A stretch of 63,992 nt of DNA, the filler included, from Dimargaris cristalligena (lineage: Eukaryota), in assembly GCA_003614675.1 (NCBI GenBank). It is 6 parts of 6 records of this genome, joined end to end, with 100 filler letters (N's around TTAATTAATTAA, not from the genome) between each part and the next. Parts side by side here need not be neighbours in the genome. Positions count along the whole stretch, not along the records: positions 1 to 10,743 come from ML003156.1; positions 10,844 to 21,584 come from ML003157.1; 4 more parts are not named here. One strand, written 5' to 3'. Position numbers and translations under genes: made by a program. Below the pieces are notes generated by a model, which worked only from the letters and a program-made list of their open reading frames with translations, was not told the DNA's origin and did not search any database. Positions 1-12,770 of the stretch are shown piece by piece. Each line of letters opens with the position of its first letter. The first letter of the stretch is position 1.

Positions 1-66
1 ACGTTTATTACTGTTTAAACTTTCCTTTTCACTATTCTCCTGCTATTGCACAACAAATATATATTG

Positions 67-140
67 GGTCGCATGGCCAAATTGGATAAGGCACCTGACT
101 ACGGATCAGGAGATTGCAGGTTCGAGTCCTGCTGCGATCG
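67..140 (+). tRNA. tRNA-Arg(ACG)
   Basis: Cloverleaf: acceptor GGTCGCA(67-73)/TGCGATC(133-139), A-box TGGCCAAATTGG, anticodon arm CCTGA-CT-ACG-GA-TCAGG (ACG at 101-103), T-arm GCAGG-TTCGAGT-CCTGC. Confidence 0.96.
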
Positions 141-143
141 ATA

Positions 144-153
144 TTTTTTTTTT
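144..153 (+). terminator. RNA polymerase III oligo-T terminator of the tRNA gene
   Basis: T10 run starting 4 nt after the tRNA discriminator base. Confidence 0.8.
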
Positions 154-570
154 CAAGTGTAGGGAACTTCCCATCAGCTATTTGTCATGTAATCTGTTGG
201 GCATTGGTGAGTGGATGTAGAAAATGGCAACTCCTGTGCGAAAAAAATGGTCTCAATTACAATGAGCTTGGCGCAATGCGAATTAATTTCGTCCCATCCC
301 CACAAACCCAGCTTACCACTTGCTCCCTCAGCTTTTGTAGAGACTACACAATTGGAATGTGCTATTGATGTACGTTTGGGGGACAACGGGGTAGATGAAC
401 TCCATTCAACTCCTTCGTAGATTCTTCTTGTACTTTAGATTCGCCTCTCCTCCGATTACACCTTCAACTAAAACCCTTGTTCTCGCTTTCATTTCGCTTG
501 ACCTAGTTAATTATACCTCACCACTTGCATCTCTCTCTCTCCTCCCCCAACCAAATAACCAACAATAACC

Positions 571-1356
571 ATGTCCTGGAAAGCCCCCATCACCAAAAAT
601 TTGAAGGAGCTTCGCATTCACTTGTGCCAGAACTCTCCCCGCAGTCAAGGTGTTCGGTATGAAGAATAGGCCCCTTGCGGACCTGAATTCAAATATATAT
701 ATATATATGTATTTTCCATGCCCGACAGTCATGGGCTTTCGCTTAAGTGGGCTCATTCCGAATAGCCCACAGCAACTCTGGTCCCAGGTTTTACATCACT
801 GGATTCAGCTCTACTACGACGCCCACCCTAATCTAATAGTTTATCCCCTTTCTTTAATTTTTGCTCGATATTGTACGCACTCACCCCTCGGGTCTGAAAC
901 ATTCGGACTATAGGGATTTCATCACCAAGAACTACCCCGCTCTGAAGAAGTCTAACCCCGGTCTACCCGTACTGATTCGTGAGGCCGAGGGTGTCGAGGC
1001 TCGCATCTATGCCCGCTATAGTAAGTGTATTAACCCTATTTGATAGCGCTTTCCGAATAGTTGCTACCGATAGCCGGCGCACTCTTCCGGTGTGAATAAT
1101 AGTCGGTGTTCATGAACCCGCCAGGCCTCTCTTTCTCTAATTGATTTCGTTAATTTTCAGTATTACTCAATGGGAACCTCGTCATTAACCACCTCCCACT
1201 GATTCCGGTGTATTTTTTCTATATAATGCTATGCTAGACTTTGCCCAGGAGAGCCGTGCCATCGTTGATAATATGAACGAAACCCAAGTTAGTCAGCAAT
1301 TGGACCAGCTCATCAAGGCCGCCGATGCTCCTGCCCAGGGTCGTATTAGCAACTAA
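571..1356 (+). CDS. NDUFA2: NADH:ubiquinone oxidoreductase B8 subunit (L51/S25/CI-B8 domain), 103 aa, 3 exons
   Basis: Exons 571-656, 914-1020, 1238-1356 with GT..AG introns join in frame: MSWKAPITKNLKELRIHLCQNSPRSQGVRDFITKNYPALKKSNPGLPVLIREAEGVEARIYARYNFAQESRAIVDNMNETQV..., matching the LKELRxHLCQ and P.LP.LIRE motifs of NDUFA2. Confidence 0.93.
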
Positions 1357-1807
1357 ACTGAGTATGCCTATATGACGGGGCTTCGCCAGCCTAGGTTGCT
1401 AATAGGCCTCTCCTCTTCGGGTTGTTGACCCACCCCTCGCTTCATTCGCTATATGGTAATCCCGGATTACTACTAGATTTTGGCTCCGGGGGTAATCTAT
1501 AGCAGAAACTGCCAATTATTTATATTATATTTTCCCTTTTTTTTCTGATTTTTTTTTGTCGGGCCAATAAACCACTATACCAGACTGGTTTGACAATGCT
1601 CCAACCCCCGCAATGTAGCCAGCAACGCCTTTGGAATTGAAGTAGGGGTTGGGTGTTGGTTTTCACTCCATTAAATTTGGGCTACCTCCGCTCCAGTATA
1701 CACTAGACGATGCCGTGACTATTATATAATACAGGAATCTATTTTAAACAACAGTTTAATCAGGCACATTCCCTGACCAGGAGTCCGCAATACCCAATGT
1801 CAGGATA

Positions 1808-2285
1808 TTAATAATACTCAGGGGTGGGCGATGGTGGTTCAATCCGACCGCGGATCTCGACAATGTGGGGGCCGGGTACCATAATCAGGCCCACGTAGCG
1901 GTCCTCGTCTACGAAAAATGGGAGGGGGGTGTGATAATGGCAATGTCAGAGCAAACGCAATGTATGTAAGTATCAACAGAACCAGAGAGATGTGAGTCGA
2001 TGATAACTAGAACACCGCTAATATGTACCGATGCGACCGGGGTATTGGGGAATCCGTCGTCTATAGGTGCCGTACTTCCAAACTCCATACGGTTGGGGAC
2101 GTAGAATAAAAAAAAAAGGAAAAATGTGACTTACCCCCTACGTATTCGACGGTGCGACCTAGCAGTACATTCTGGGCCTTGTCGGTACCCATCAAAGTTC
2201 CTTCGAAACGCCGACCATCCCGGATTGCCACTCGACAAGGGTGATTGAGGAAACTCCGTAGTTTCAATTGGGCCGGGGTCGACAT
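1808..2285 (-). CDS. NAA38: Sm/LSm-domain NatC auxiliary subunit (NAA38/MAK31/LSMD1-like), 83 aa, 2 exons
   Basis: Exons 2285-2135 and 1908-1808 (GTAAGT..TAG intron): ...CRVAIRDGRRFEGTLMGTDKAQNVLLGRTVEYVGDEDRYVGLIMVPGPHIVEI... Sm1 motif plus the R.vGL.MVPG.HIV Sm2 variant typical of Mak31/NAA38. Confidence 0.85.
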
Positions 2286-3168
2286 GCTGCTGCACCGGAT
2301 AGACTCGGAACTCTAAGAGGGGATGGGTGCGGCCGGGACAATCAAGCGGAACCGCAATATGTTGTTAGTCGGGGGTGGAGTGAAGTGAATTGGAATGCGC
2401 CGCTTGGGGAGTACTAGAATGTAGGAATGGTAATACTGGATTGACTTGGCAAGGGGGAGGGGGTTGTAAATAAGAATTGCATTAAATATAGTTAATAGGA
2501 GAGGGAGTTACACGAAGAAAGAAAATGAATTCATGGGCCTTGGCAATCACCCTTCTAAGTTAGTATCCGATTCGCCGGGTCGGCTGATTGGGTTATAATT
2601 CCCCTCATGAGAAGAGGTTGGTAACCGGGCCCATTGGACATGTCTTTCTCAGGGTGGTACTGGCGATAATAGAAAAAATGGTATTTTGTACCGTTCGGCA
2701 CCCCATGTAGTCGCCCAAGCAGACCAGCAGATCCTTGGACAGCACCACCCATAGCCATTACGCGATTTTGCTTGGGTCGATCAATCGGTCGGTCGGCAGT
2801 TTACGACGGCGTTTCTTTAGGAACAAGGAGGAATGTATTTCGAACCAGCGCTCGTTCTAAACTATTCGATGAAAATCAATGAACATTGAGCACAGGCATT
2901 ATTATTTCTCTAGTAGTGAAGCACATCCATTTTATCGATTCCCGCACTATAGTGATCATTGTATTCATTCGATTCCACGCGTGTGCCCGCTTCCGTGTAA
3001 AAATTAACCGCCGCTGGAGAGTTGGGCCGATCTCACCCACAACACCCGGAAGTAGAGTACGGTTTTGCCTCAAGCAAGGTGTATTCCCCCAATGTGCTCG
3101 TATTTCTATGCCAAGGAGTGGTGGGGTGGGGGATGAACAACAGCCACCGAACTTCCCCTCTCCTTCCC

Positions 3169-3174
<6 letters not shown>

Positions 3175-3220
<46 letters not shown>
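3175..3220. repeat. (TC)n microsatellite
   Basis: About 23 uninterrupted TC units. Confidence 0.95.
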
Positions 3221-3226
<6 letters not shown>

Positions 3227-5661
3227 CCCCTCAGTGGCGCATCCAATCACCGCTTAATTTCCGTAAGCAATGGGGTGTGTGCAAGGGGAGGAGATTACAA
3301 AGGCGCGATCGGAACGAAGACTGCATTTGAACCAGTAGTCTATCAATGAACTCCCTCTTTATTAAATGATAACCTCCCTCACCCCTTCCACCCCTACACA
3401 TTCATTGCTAATTTAACCGGGCGAGCGTCTCGATCTTCAATAGAAAGAAAGATGGGCGACCAACAATAGATAATCCATTACAAAGAGCACCGATGCAAAA
3501 CAATGTATATAGAACGACGGATAGTCGAACCGTATAGACTAATGAAGAACGTCAACAGCAAGCGGCTTCATTCGGTTTCATGGGGCTCGTAGATTCAATG
3601 GATATAGGGGACTCGGCTAGCGGAAAAGAAAGAAAAAAGGGGAGGCAGAGGGAAAGAGAGAGGGGAGGTCCTTGGCACACTCCCTTTATCCTACTCCCTC
3701 TCCTCCCTGTACGAGGTTTCATTGCCAACGACCTTATAGATGAGTCGGGGGATAATGAACGATAAATGAGTCCCGCCACCTAGGGGAGCCGCACCTCCCC
3801 CCCGGGCTATTGTACAATGGCTCCTAATCCAATTGGTTCACAGTTCGATATTATGAGAAAGAGAGAGAGAGAGACGGTGCACCTTCATGTCCCCTCCCTT
3901 CTTGGCCGACGCATTGAAACAATGGTCGGTCCCTAAACTAGACCGAAGGGCTGCCATTCTGTGTCGGCAAGTCGCTTCGTATGAAGTGCCGTTGGATTCC
4001 AATAGGATTACCACCCCCCTCGCCATGGTTTTGGACTCATAATCAAGGTGTAATGCCTTGAGCTAATAACTATTGTGGTGATGCAGGGAGGAGAGAGTAT
4101 AGGGTTGAGATGAGCCGGAGAAGCGCCTCCGAACTGTTAAACCGGACCATCATTCCCTCGGTTTTGGACTATGTTTTACCGTGGACGGCCGGGCAATGTA
4201 ATACCCTGTCTTACGGAATACAGTCAAGTGGATTCCCTCTAAAGTATCTCGGTAAATTTCGATGCGTGGAAATGGGTAGATGTAGGTAAACGATGGGCTG
4301 TATATGTTAGGCTGCTAGGCCCATCAATCTCGGTCCAACTGAGCAGAAGACAGTGGCAAGTTGTATTGATCATTGACCCTCCCCCATTTCGATATGTATT
4401 GGGGAATTGCCAGCATGGGCAGTACGAGGGGAGAAGAGACCCAAGGACCACAATAGTGGGTATTTGCCAATCCCACTTTATGCGCACAATCCACTTGATG
4501 CTGATGATGCCCATCTATAGGCTTACTCTATTCGATTAGCCTGGATCACACGCCTGGTGGTTATAGAGCGTAATGCCAATCCTATCATCTAGTGTACCTG
4601 GGACGGCTCGTATAAACCCCCGACCATACCTAGTATAGCATGGTTAAAAACTTTGGGGGCTAGTGCACGCCCAATCAAAATAATAAGAGGAGTAGGTAGA
4701 CAGGTTTGTTTTATTTGGGAATCTCCCGTTGACCGAACCCGGGGGTATAGTACATGTAGATAGGAGGGTTACAGTAAAAGGGGGGGAATAATGTGTGATG
4801 TATGGGTAATATTTACAATGTAAGGACGGGGAAAGGGGGGGGGGGGCTGGCAATAATGTGATGAGGGTTTAAGGAAATGAAAACTCGAAAAAGCGGAGCG
4901 GACAGGGAGGATGCGGAAATCTGCAACACGGCGGTGAAGCTGCAATTTCATCCTTGTGGCATTAAATATTAGGTATACGTAGTGGGAAGGGTGAGTGAAG
5001 GAGGGAGAGGGGGAGGAGAGATGTGGTCGGAGAATCAAATACCAGTGGTAAGAGGAGCCCCGAATGGGTTCGAAGAAATGACTAAAAAGGAATTCTAGAA
5101 GGCGGTCGTCACCCCATTTACGAAGCCGGCCAACACATAATCAAGGACCCGATCCAAGGATAATAGGCCCGTCGTTGAAAGCAACAAGGGGAGGGGGGCG
5201 ACCACGGCAAGCCGAACCGGGGCGGGATGCATCAGCCAGTCGACCACCTTATCCGCATAAAAATGATTGGAATGGCAGTGATCGGCCATTGATTAATTCT
5301 CAAGCCGTTCGCGCACCGGAAAGGAGGTCGGGCTGAAATGGCTAGAGCGGGCAGAATCATGGCGGATTTGGCTGCTCACTATCCCACTCCCACTCCCATT
5401 CAAACCAATATCTATTTCTAGAGTGGGTGGTATTGCCACTGCCGGAAGGGAAGGCGCAGCTGGGTCCGCCCACAAATATATACATATATATGTATATGTA
5501 TATAAATAATAATAAAAAGAGTGATAATAGTAATAGGAAGTTAAATAATAACAAGGTCGAGTGATATCAAGGGTGAGAGAGGCTGGGAGGCGCGTATGCG
5601 AGTGGTATGCCATTTTCCCCCCCTTTTTTTTTGATTTTTGGAAGGCGTTCATGCAAAATGT

Positions 5662-7676
5662 CTAACTCTGGTAGACCACGCAGGGGGCGACATGGGGGTA
5701 GGAGAGATTAGAGGGCGAGTTGGTATAAGTCGGCGCCAGGGTGGACTGGGTAAGGATTCCAGAGGCGTTGAGCGCAGCCGAGGAGGACCACTGCTGGTAG
5801 AATGAATAGGCGGCGGCCGAGGTCGGAACGGCGCCAGCCCCCCCAGCTAGCGAAGCGGGGTGCATCATCGGGACGGAATAGGCGGGGCCAGCGGAGCTGA
5901 TCATGGTGTACATGGGGGGAAGCACCGGGCGGTCAGCGGCCATTAGGTTAGGCATGGAAGGATGACGGTGGGGAATCATATTACTACTATGGTGGTGTTG
6001 CTGCTGCTGCTGTTGTTGTTGTTGTTGCTGGAGAAGGTGGTGGTGTTGTTGGTGCTGACTCGGGTAGGTCGTCGGGTAGGCATACGCCGCGGGTACGTAA
6101 GGTGGGGTAAGGGGGGCAATATGCAGGGATGGGTAGTTAAGCTCGAGGGGGGAGGGGGCGTTGGATCGCGCGGCCATGGAATCCGCGGCCAATAGACCGG
6201 ACGAAGGGGTCCGGGAAGGCGTCCGAAGGAAACAGCTACCACCGCCGGCCGATGAATGAACCACTCCGTTGCTACTGATACTGCTATTGCTATGCGAAGC
6301 GGTAGTGGGGCAGTGTTTCAACGAGTAAGAAATGGGCGACGCGGGAGGGGTAATGAGGTGGGCGAAGGTCTGCAGCTGGTGGAGCAGCTGGGCTTCCGTG
6401 ATTTCAAACTGGAAGTTGAGCAACTGCATCAATTGCTGCTCCATCAGATTGACTTCGGCCAGCGGGAAATGTTCGCTGAAGCGGGCCCAGTATTTGTTTT
6501 TAGGCGAGGCGTCGTTGAGGTATTTGCCGGCCAGGATAAGCGAAGCCAAAAATATCCGGTGGTTAGTGCATTCCATGGCTATATATATATATATATATAT
6601 AAATAGTTATAGGGTAGTGGAAGGGATGAGACGAGTGGACCGGACCGGTTACACGGAAGAGAAAGTCGAACACAGCCATGGAACGAATCAGAACACAGTC
6701 GCGGTGGATAAAACGGATATATATATTTAGTTATATATAGATATAAATGGGTAGATACATTGAAAATGGTGAGTCGGGGTGATGGGGAAGAGAGACCAGC
6801 TAGTCGGTTTAAAGGGTAGAAAGGTGATGCAAACGATTCACCAACCACCACGTAGTACAAGGGCCTCTTCGTCAATAAGACGCCGAACGGGAGGACCGAG
6901 GTTCGGATGGGTGGCACCGCACCACGGGTAATGGTCGCGCAGAAGAGTTGACGGGTTCTTCTATCCTTCCCTTCGCACACAACACCCTTGACGGGCATAT
7001 GTATGTTTTTCTCTCTTGTCCTCTCTACCCATCGAAAGGTAATGGCCGGTTGGGTATGCGGAGAGTGGGAGAGAGAGCCTGCATGAATCTCCCCCCCCCC
7101 ACTTGTTCCCCTCAGTCAATCAATCGGAAACCCCCTTGGGTGTGAGTCCAAGGAACGGTAAAACCCCTTGGCGCACACCCCGGGAAGGGGGGAGGCAAAG
7201 CTGAGCGAGACCCGCCACCATACCCTTAGGGAAAGTAAGGGAGAGAGGTAAAAAGGAAGCCGAACCCATATGAATAAAACCACCACCCCTCCCAAGGTAT
7301 GTTACGTGTGTGTGAGACGAAGGGGAAGAAGGAACATCAATGATGATGATTATTAGAAGGCGGGCTTACCTGTGGCATGAGTAGGCATGTTTTGCTTGAG
7401 TCGGTCGAGATAGACTAGGGTAGAAACGAGGGTACCGACGTTGACTCTGGAACCTTGGGCGAGTTTCGTGATAAACTCGGCCATAGGTGGAACTTTGATG
7501 GCGCTGGTGCCGGGCTGGCTGGGGGCGGCGAGCTGGCCGGGTGAAACAGGGGCGGCGGCGGTCTTTTGGTATGGGAGGACGGTGCTGGCCCGGTGGGCAA
7601 CGACCGCCACCAGCTCGGGGGTGACGCCCAGGTCCAAGACCTGGTAGAGTGGGTTGGTGTATACGGAGGTCACCAT
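5662..7676 (-). CDS. Pho85-type cyclin (Pcl1/Pcl2 family), 407 aa, 2 exons, with Q/H/P/S-rich C-terminal tail
   Basis: Exons 7676-7370 and 6578-5662 (GTAAGC..TAG intron): PPMAEFITKLAQGSRVNVGTLVSTLVYLDRLK...AMECTNHRIFLASLILAGKYLNDASPKNKYWARFS...EVNLMEQQLMQLLNF, the Cyclin_N signature of Pcl1/2. Confidence 0.9.
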
Positions 7677-10391
7677 GGTGGATATATGTATGTCTCTGTA
7701 TGGGTGTCAATATGAGGGAGAGGGGAGGGAGGTGCGAATACTGTGTGGATACAGAGGGCGCGAGCTATATTGAGAAAAAAGGAATAGGAATAAAAAATGA
7801 ATAGCGGTGGTGTTCAGCGACTCCAAAAGGGCAAGTGGTAAAAGCGGACGAACACAATAAGGAGAGGGGGGAGAAAGTTCGAGGATTATCGGCTATATAA
7901 TGTAGGAAAATAAAATGAGTGTGACGGATAAAGACGATTAAAAGGGGTGGCTGAGAATAAGGGCTCAGCAGCAGTGGTGGTGGTCACACACTAGCGAAAT
8001 ATATATATATAAAGAGAGAGAGGGGGGTTTAATGGCTGGGGCTAATAAGGGGCGACAGCAAGTCGCATGGTCGAACCATACATAACCACCGTAAGGCCAG
8101 GAAACGGGAGAGTGAATAATACAGACGGAGAGAGCACTTAGAACGATAAAGCAGGGCAGTGAATCGCTGCGATGTATATGGATATGGCACGAAAGGGTCA
8201 GTTCGAGAGGGAGATATATATATATATATAGAGAGAGAGAGAGGTCACGTATGTAGGAGAGTGGACTCAATGGATAGAGTGCAGGTGAAATACGAGGAGT
8301 GAGAGAAAGGGAGAGGGGGCGCTCGCGAAAGAGACTCAGCCAACACGGTAAAGATATAAAGTACGGTGTATACGAAGGGAGACGGACGGTGGGAGGGTCA
8401 CAATAGTTAATACACGGCAGAATATCAATAATGGTGGAGGGGAAACAGCAATACAGAAGAAGTAAAGGGCGAGGAGAGCAAGCTGTCAGGGAAGAGCAGG
8501 CTTGGCCGGCAATTTATCTTAACAGGTCCAACGGCAAATTGGAGCAGGGTAGAGTAGAGTAGAAGAGTCTCGTTCACGCTAAAGTGTTCGAAACGCGGGT
8601 CTCTTAGGTGTGAGTGAGTCTGAAACCGGGAGGGCGGAACCAACTATAGTATAGTATATATATATATATATATATGGCGAGAGAGTATTATCTTTTATCC
8701 AATATCCATGTATAATCCAATGAAACGAATTTCGCAGTGAGAGTTTTAGTTAGAGCAGCGAGAAGAGATTTAAAAGTACAGGGCGCAATTACAAACGAAA
8801 CGGAATGTATATATATAGAGCGAGGGAAGAAGTTGAGAAGTAGTGAATATAATTTGGGACCTAGGCCGGGAATAGGGCGACGGCCGGTATTTATAGTAGA
8901 GTCATCCCCAGTCCCGCGCGATTGACGTGCGTGTTAGGAATAGAATCGGAGAGAACCAGTGGTAAGAACGCTGTGGGAAGTTTACGTCAATCAATTTAGC
9001 GGTAAAAATGTACCTCGGACAATGTGGGTTTTGGAACACCCGCCCACACAAAAATCATCATCTCTCTTTTAGGATTGTCACCAACCTCTGTATATTAGAC
9101 TACCCCTATATAGAGACACCAAAGAGGGGGGATATTATATACTAATAATCTACTGTGGGCAAAGACCTCCCGAAATCAGGTGGGTGATGGTATTTGGGGT
9201 TATTTTAATATACAGGGACACTACTGAGTTTGGTGTATATATTTATATATGTGTGTGGATATGGTGAAGTAGGGGGGCGGTAATAAGGCCGGTTGAATTA
9301 CAGCGATGCGGAGAGGGGAGGGGTATCGGGACCTAAATACGTTGTGTGTGTGTGGCAGTTAGTTGCCTTGTTGGAGGTCTTAACGAAGGGACCGAGAGTT
9401 GTGAAGGAAGGGGCGGCGGTACATGGGTTGGTTACTTCAGTACACTTCTCCTACATTTACAAGATGCATCGCCAACCTCACTTGTTTATCTTTGCGCCAC
9501 CGCAGCCGGCTGTTGGCAAACAGGCCGGAATTCTCTAAAAAGGAGAGAAGAATAGAAGGGGAGGGGGTCTATCGACAGCCGATAATAGAGTCTCGCTGGC
9601 TGAAGTTCCCCACCCAACCTCATCCCAAAATCACCCTTCGCATGCATCGTAACGGCCAAGGAATATGAGCCGGAACGGGGAGGGGAAAGGCTAAAAAACC
9701 CCCGCCCCGCTGGAATAAAAGGGGAGGAGGAAGGGAGGACGGAAGGAATAGAGCCACGAGGCAGGCATCATCATCATCAAAGGGTTGGTCTACCCAATGG
9801 ACACACTTCCCCTCCTCCGAATTGAACCAGCAATAAAATACAGAAAGGTCTCGGGTGGTGTGGGTAACATCGGCTTAAAAGAGTAGAGAGGGCCACAACG
9901 ATCCGAGCCACCACTGCCCTCTTCCCCTCCTCTCAATGGCATTTCCCTTTGTCGACCCTGTCCCCCCCTCTCCTAGCATTACTTGGGCACCTCGGACTAT
10001 TATTCACACTGGAGAGGTAGGGAGGGGGATGGTGAATTCACGAGGGCGAACTGTAAAAAAAGGGGGGGAAGTGCACCTAAACGACAGGTGGCTGCTATAA
10101 TAGTAGAAGGAGAGGCAGGAAAAGTAAAGAAAAAAGGGGGAGATGAGCCTGCAATACCGAATTGTGTGGCCCCTTTGCTACTCATTCATTTTATCTGCTC
10201 CCCCCCCTCGTAATAAGGACTTGTTAATGGCTACATATTTCGGTTAAAATGTCATGAAGACCGGTCAAGTGTTTTGAGCCGATCACACTTTAACAGTCCT
10301 CTTCCCCCTTTTCCTTGTATTCCTCCAGAATGTCAATGTGGCCCCACCACCACCCACGGTGAAAAATGTAGTATGTAGGTGGAAGGAAGAC

Positions 10392-10743
10392 TGCTAGGGA
10401 TTTCACATTGCTGGGATGGACGCCGCGCTTCAGCTGGAGCCAACGGGTTGTAGGGACTAGAATAAACTCCTATCGTTCATTATGCGCTACCCTCCTATAA
10501 ATCCATGGAAGAAATAAAACTAGAGAGACCAACAACCAGTTGGAGGGCCAAGGTTGAAAGAAAGCAGCCTCAGCGTGCTTTGTTTAACCGTGGAGAGAGA
10601 GAGAGAGAGGATAGGACGACCCACTCATTAATGAGAGTAGGTGGTAGGACCAATGTAAAGAGTGTAAGGCTGGGGTCCCTCTCTCCCCGAGCCGGCTAGC
10701 TAGAGCCCTATTCGTCCACCCCAGCGATGTGAAATCCCTAGCG
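10392..10743. mobile_element. Candidate non-autonomous TIR element (MITE-like), ~350 bp
   Basis: GCTAGGGATTTCACATTGCTGGGATGGACG (10393-10422) is the reverse complement of CGTCCACCCCAGCGATGTGAAATCCCTAGC (10713-10742) with 2 mismatches. No recognisable coding content between them. The target-site duplication cannot be checked because the contig ends. Confidence 0.5.
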
Positions 10744-10843
10744 NNNNNNNNNNNNNNNNNNNNNNNNNNNNNNNNNNNNNNNNNNNNTTAATTAATTAAN
10801 NNNNNNNNNNNNNNNNNNNNNNNNNNNNNNNNNNNNNNNNNNN
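10744..10843. other. Artificial contig-joining spacer
   Basis: 44 N + TTAATTAATTAA (stops in all six frames) + 44 N, identical at five places. Confidence 0.98.
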
Positions 10844-11586
10844 CACAGTTATAGCACTCCAGGGTGGATTCGCCGAGCGCGGACTCCGGGTGTAGCACCA
10901 CCTCCTTGTGACGGGCCAGCACTAAATGATTGACAATGTGTGAGCCAGAGGTGTTGCCACGTGAGTTACAGAACCATTTCTGGCAAGTAATACACTTGAC
11001 AACTGATGACGGGGTATGGATGCCACAGTAGCTGGTGCCCCGAATAGTGGAGAGGTAAGCGAATAGAAGAAGCAGGAGATGCAGGTATCGTTCAGATGAT
11101 TAATGACGGGGGTGGAACGGCCAAGGAAGGAAAACTTAGAGGCGGTTCAATTGATTAATCACTGGCGAGGAATACTAGTGAATCTTGCCATCCATAACCA
11201 TATCGGGCCTAAAGGGATACCCGGGGCAATTCGCATAGGGCACAGGGGCGGGCGAAAGGGGACACGACCGGTGCAGCCCAATGGTATAGGTCCAGCGGTG
11301 TTATGATATGCCCGAAGAATCGGGGGGGAGGAACTTACCGGCAGGCATAGTAGGGCAGATTCTGTACTTGTTCTACGGCATGATCCTCATCGTCAAGATC
11401 GGGGGAATGTTCGGAATGGGCGTCCTGTTCGGTGCAGCTATCGCCCTCGCCATCGTCTTCGCTAATTTCCGATGGGTCCGAGGACGATTGGTCGAGCTGT
11501 AGGCTTTCCAGGGCCGCGGCGGCTGCGTCAGCGAGCTGGGGTGAGGTAAGAGTTGGATGCGAGGGTGGTGGTTTAGCGTTCTGCAT
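10844..11586 (-). CDS. UPF1: Nonsense-mediated decay helicase UPF1/NAM7, 5' part only (truncated by contig end)
   Basis: Exons 11586-11339 and 11031-10844: acidic N-terminus, then [69 protein letters not shown], the UPF1 CH (UPF2-binding zinc) domain. Confidence 0.95.
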
Positions 11587-12770
11587 GATTGCCAAGGGTG
11601 GAGGGCGAGGGTGGCTTGGGCAAGCGGGCTAGGGGGAAAAGGGGATAATTACCAACTGCCACTGTCGGATAGTCGATGTGCGGTAATAGTAGGTCTGGTT
11701 TGGCAGATAGGATAGGATAGATATATAAAAATAAGGCAGAACTGGATAAAGGCGCAGGCAATACGGGGAAATAACCGAAAGGAGCCCCGGCAACTGTCAC
11801 TTTCTATTGGTTACTCAGGGATATCCGGTAAGGCTCGACCAAGTAAGAAAAACGAGAGGACTTCCAAAGATTCCTAAAGACTAGTCCAGTCTTGAGACGC
11901 AGTAGGAAGGGCTGGATGACTAAGACGGGAAGGGAGGATTCCGTGGCAGGTCGCTTCTAGGTCCACACTAGGGCTATTAAGGGCGGAGATGGAAGATAAA
12001 CTATTCGCCTTCGGTAGAAATGGCTAAGACAGGGTCGCCGATAACCTGCAGTGCTGAGGGAAACGGGGGAGAAATAAGCAAAGCAGGAGAGCTTAATATT
12101 GACCAAAACCAAGGTATTGCTGGTTTCCTTTTACAGGCTTTCAATAAGGAAAAAAAATAGTTGCACACAGGCGGATGATATGTCCACAATGTACATTACA
12201 TGTATGTGGGGAATATGCATTTTTAAACCCCTAAAGAATAACTCCCATATTTATATATCGCCTCCATATAGCCAACCAATATGGTAGAGGAGAGTAGAGT
12301 GCAGTTTATGGGGGCGCCTTGGAAGGTATATTATATCGACTCGAAGAAAGGCGACGCACACTTTGCTGTACAAGCCCAAGGAAAGGACACAGCGAGAGCA
12401 CTTGGATTAGCTTGCTCTAACCACACCCCGCGTACAAGAAGTTCCTCTCTATTTTCTTCTCTCTAGCCTATTCCACCACCATCCACCTCACCTCACCTCA
12501 GTCGTCTCGAGGTGAGACTAATCTATCCTATCTGTCCCGATCCTGAATCCTGCCTGCGCCCCTCTTCCCCTACCCTTTTTCTGCGGTACCCAACCCACTC
12601 TTCCCAACCCGGCCGGTCAATTCCCCCCAAGCCCCTCTACTCCCTGCATCTATTCTCTCCCCATCCCAACGCCCGGACCCTCCTGCTTTTATCCGAAGGT
12701 CGACCCTCCCTTATCGCCTCCTTTCCTTAGCCGTTCCCCGAATATTTTTTTTGTGTGACCTCTCGCTACC

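Noticed and set aside
2876..3330. ORFs with ERERER / SLSLSL runs
   Set aside because: Translations of the (TC)n microsatellite; no other coding signal.
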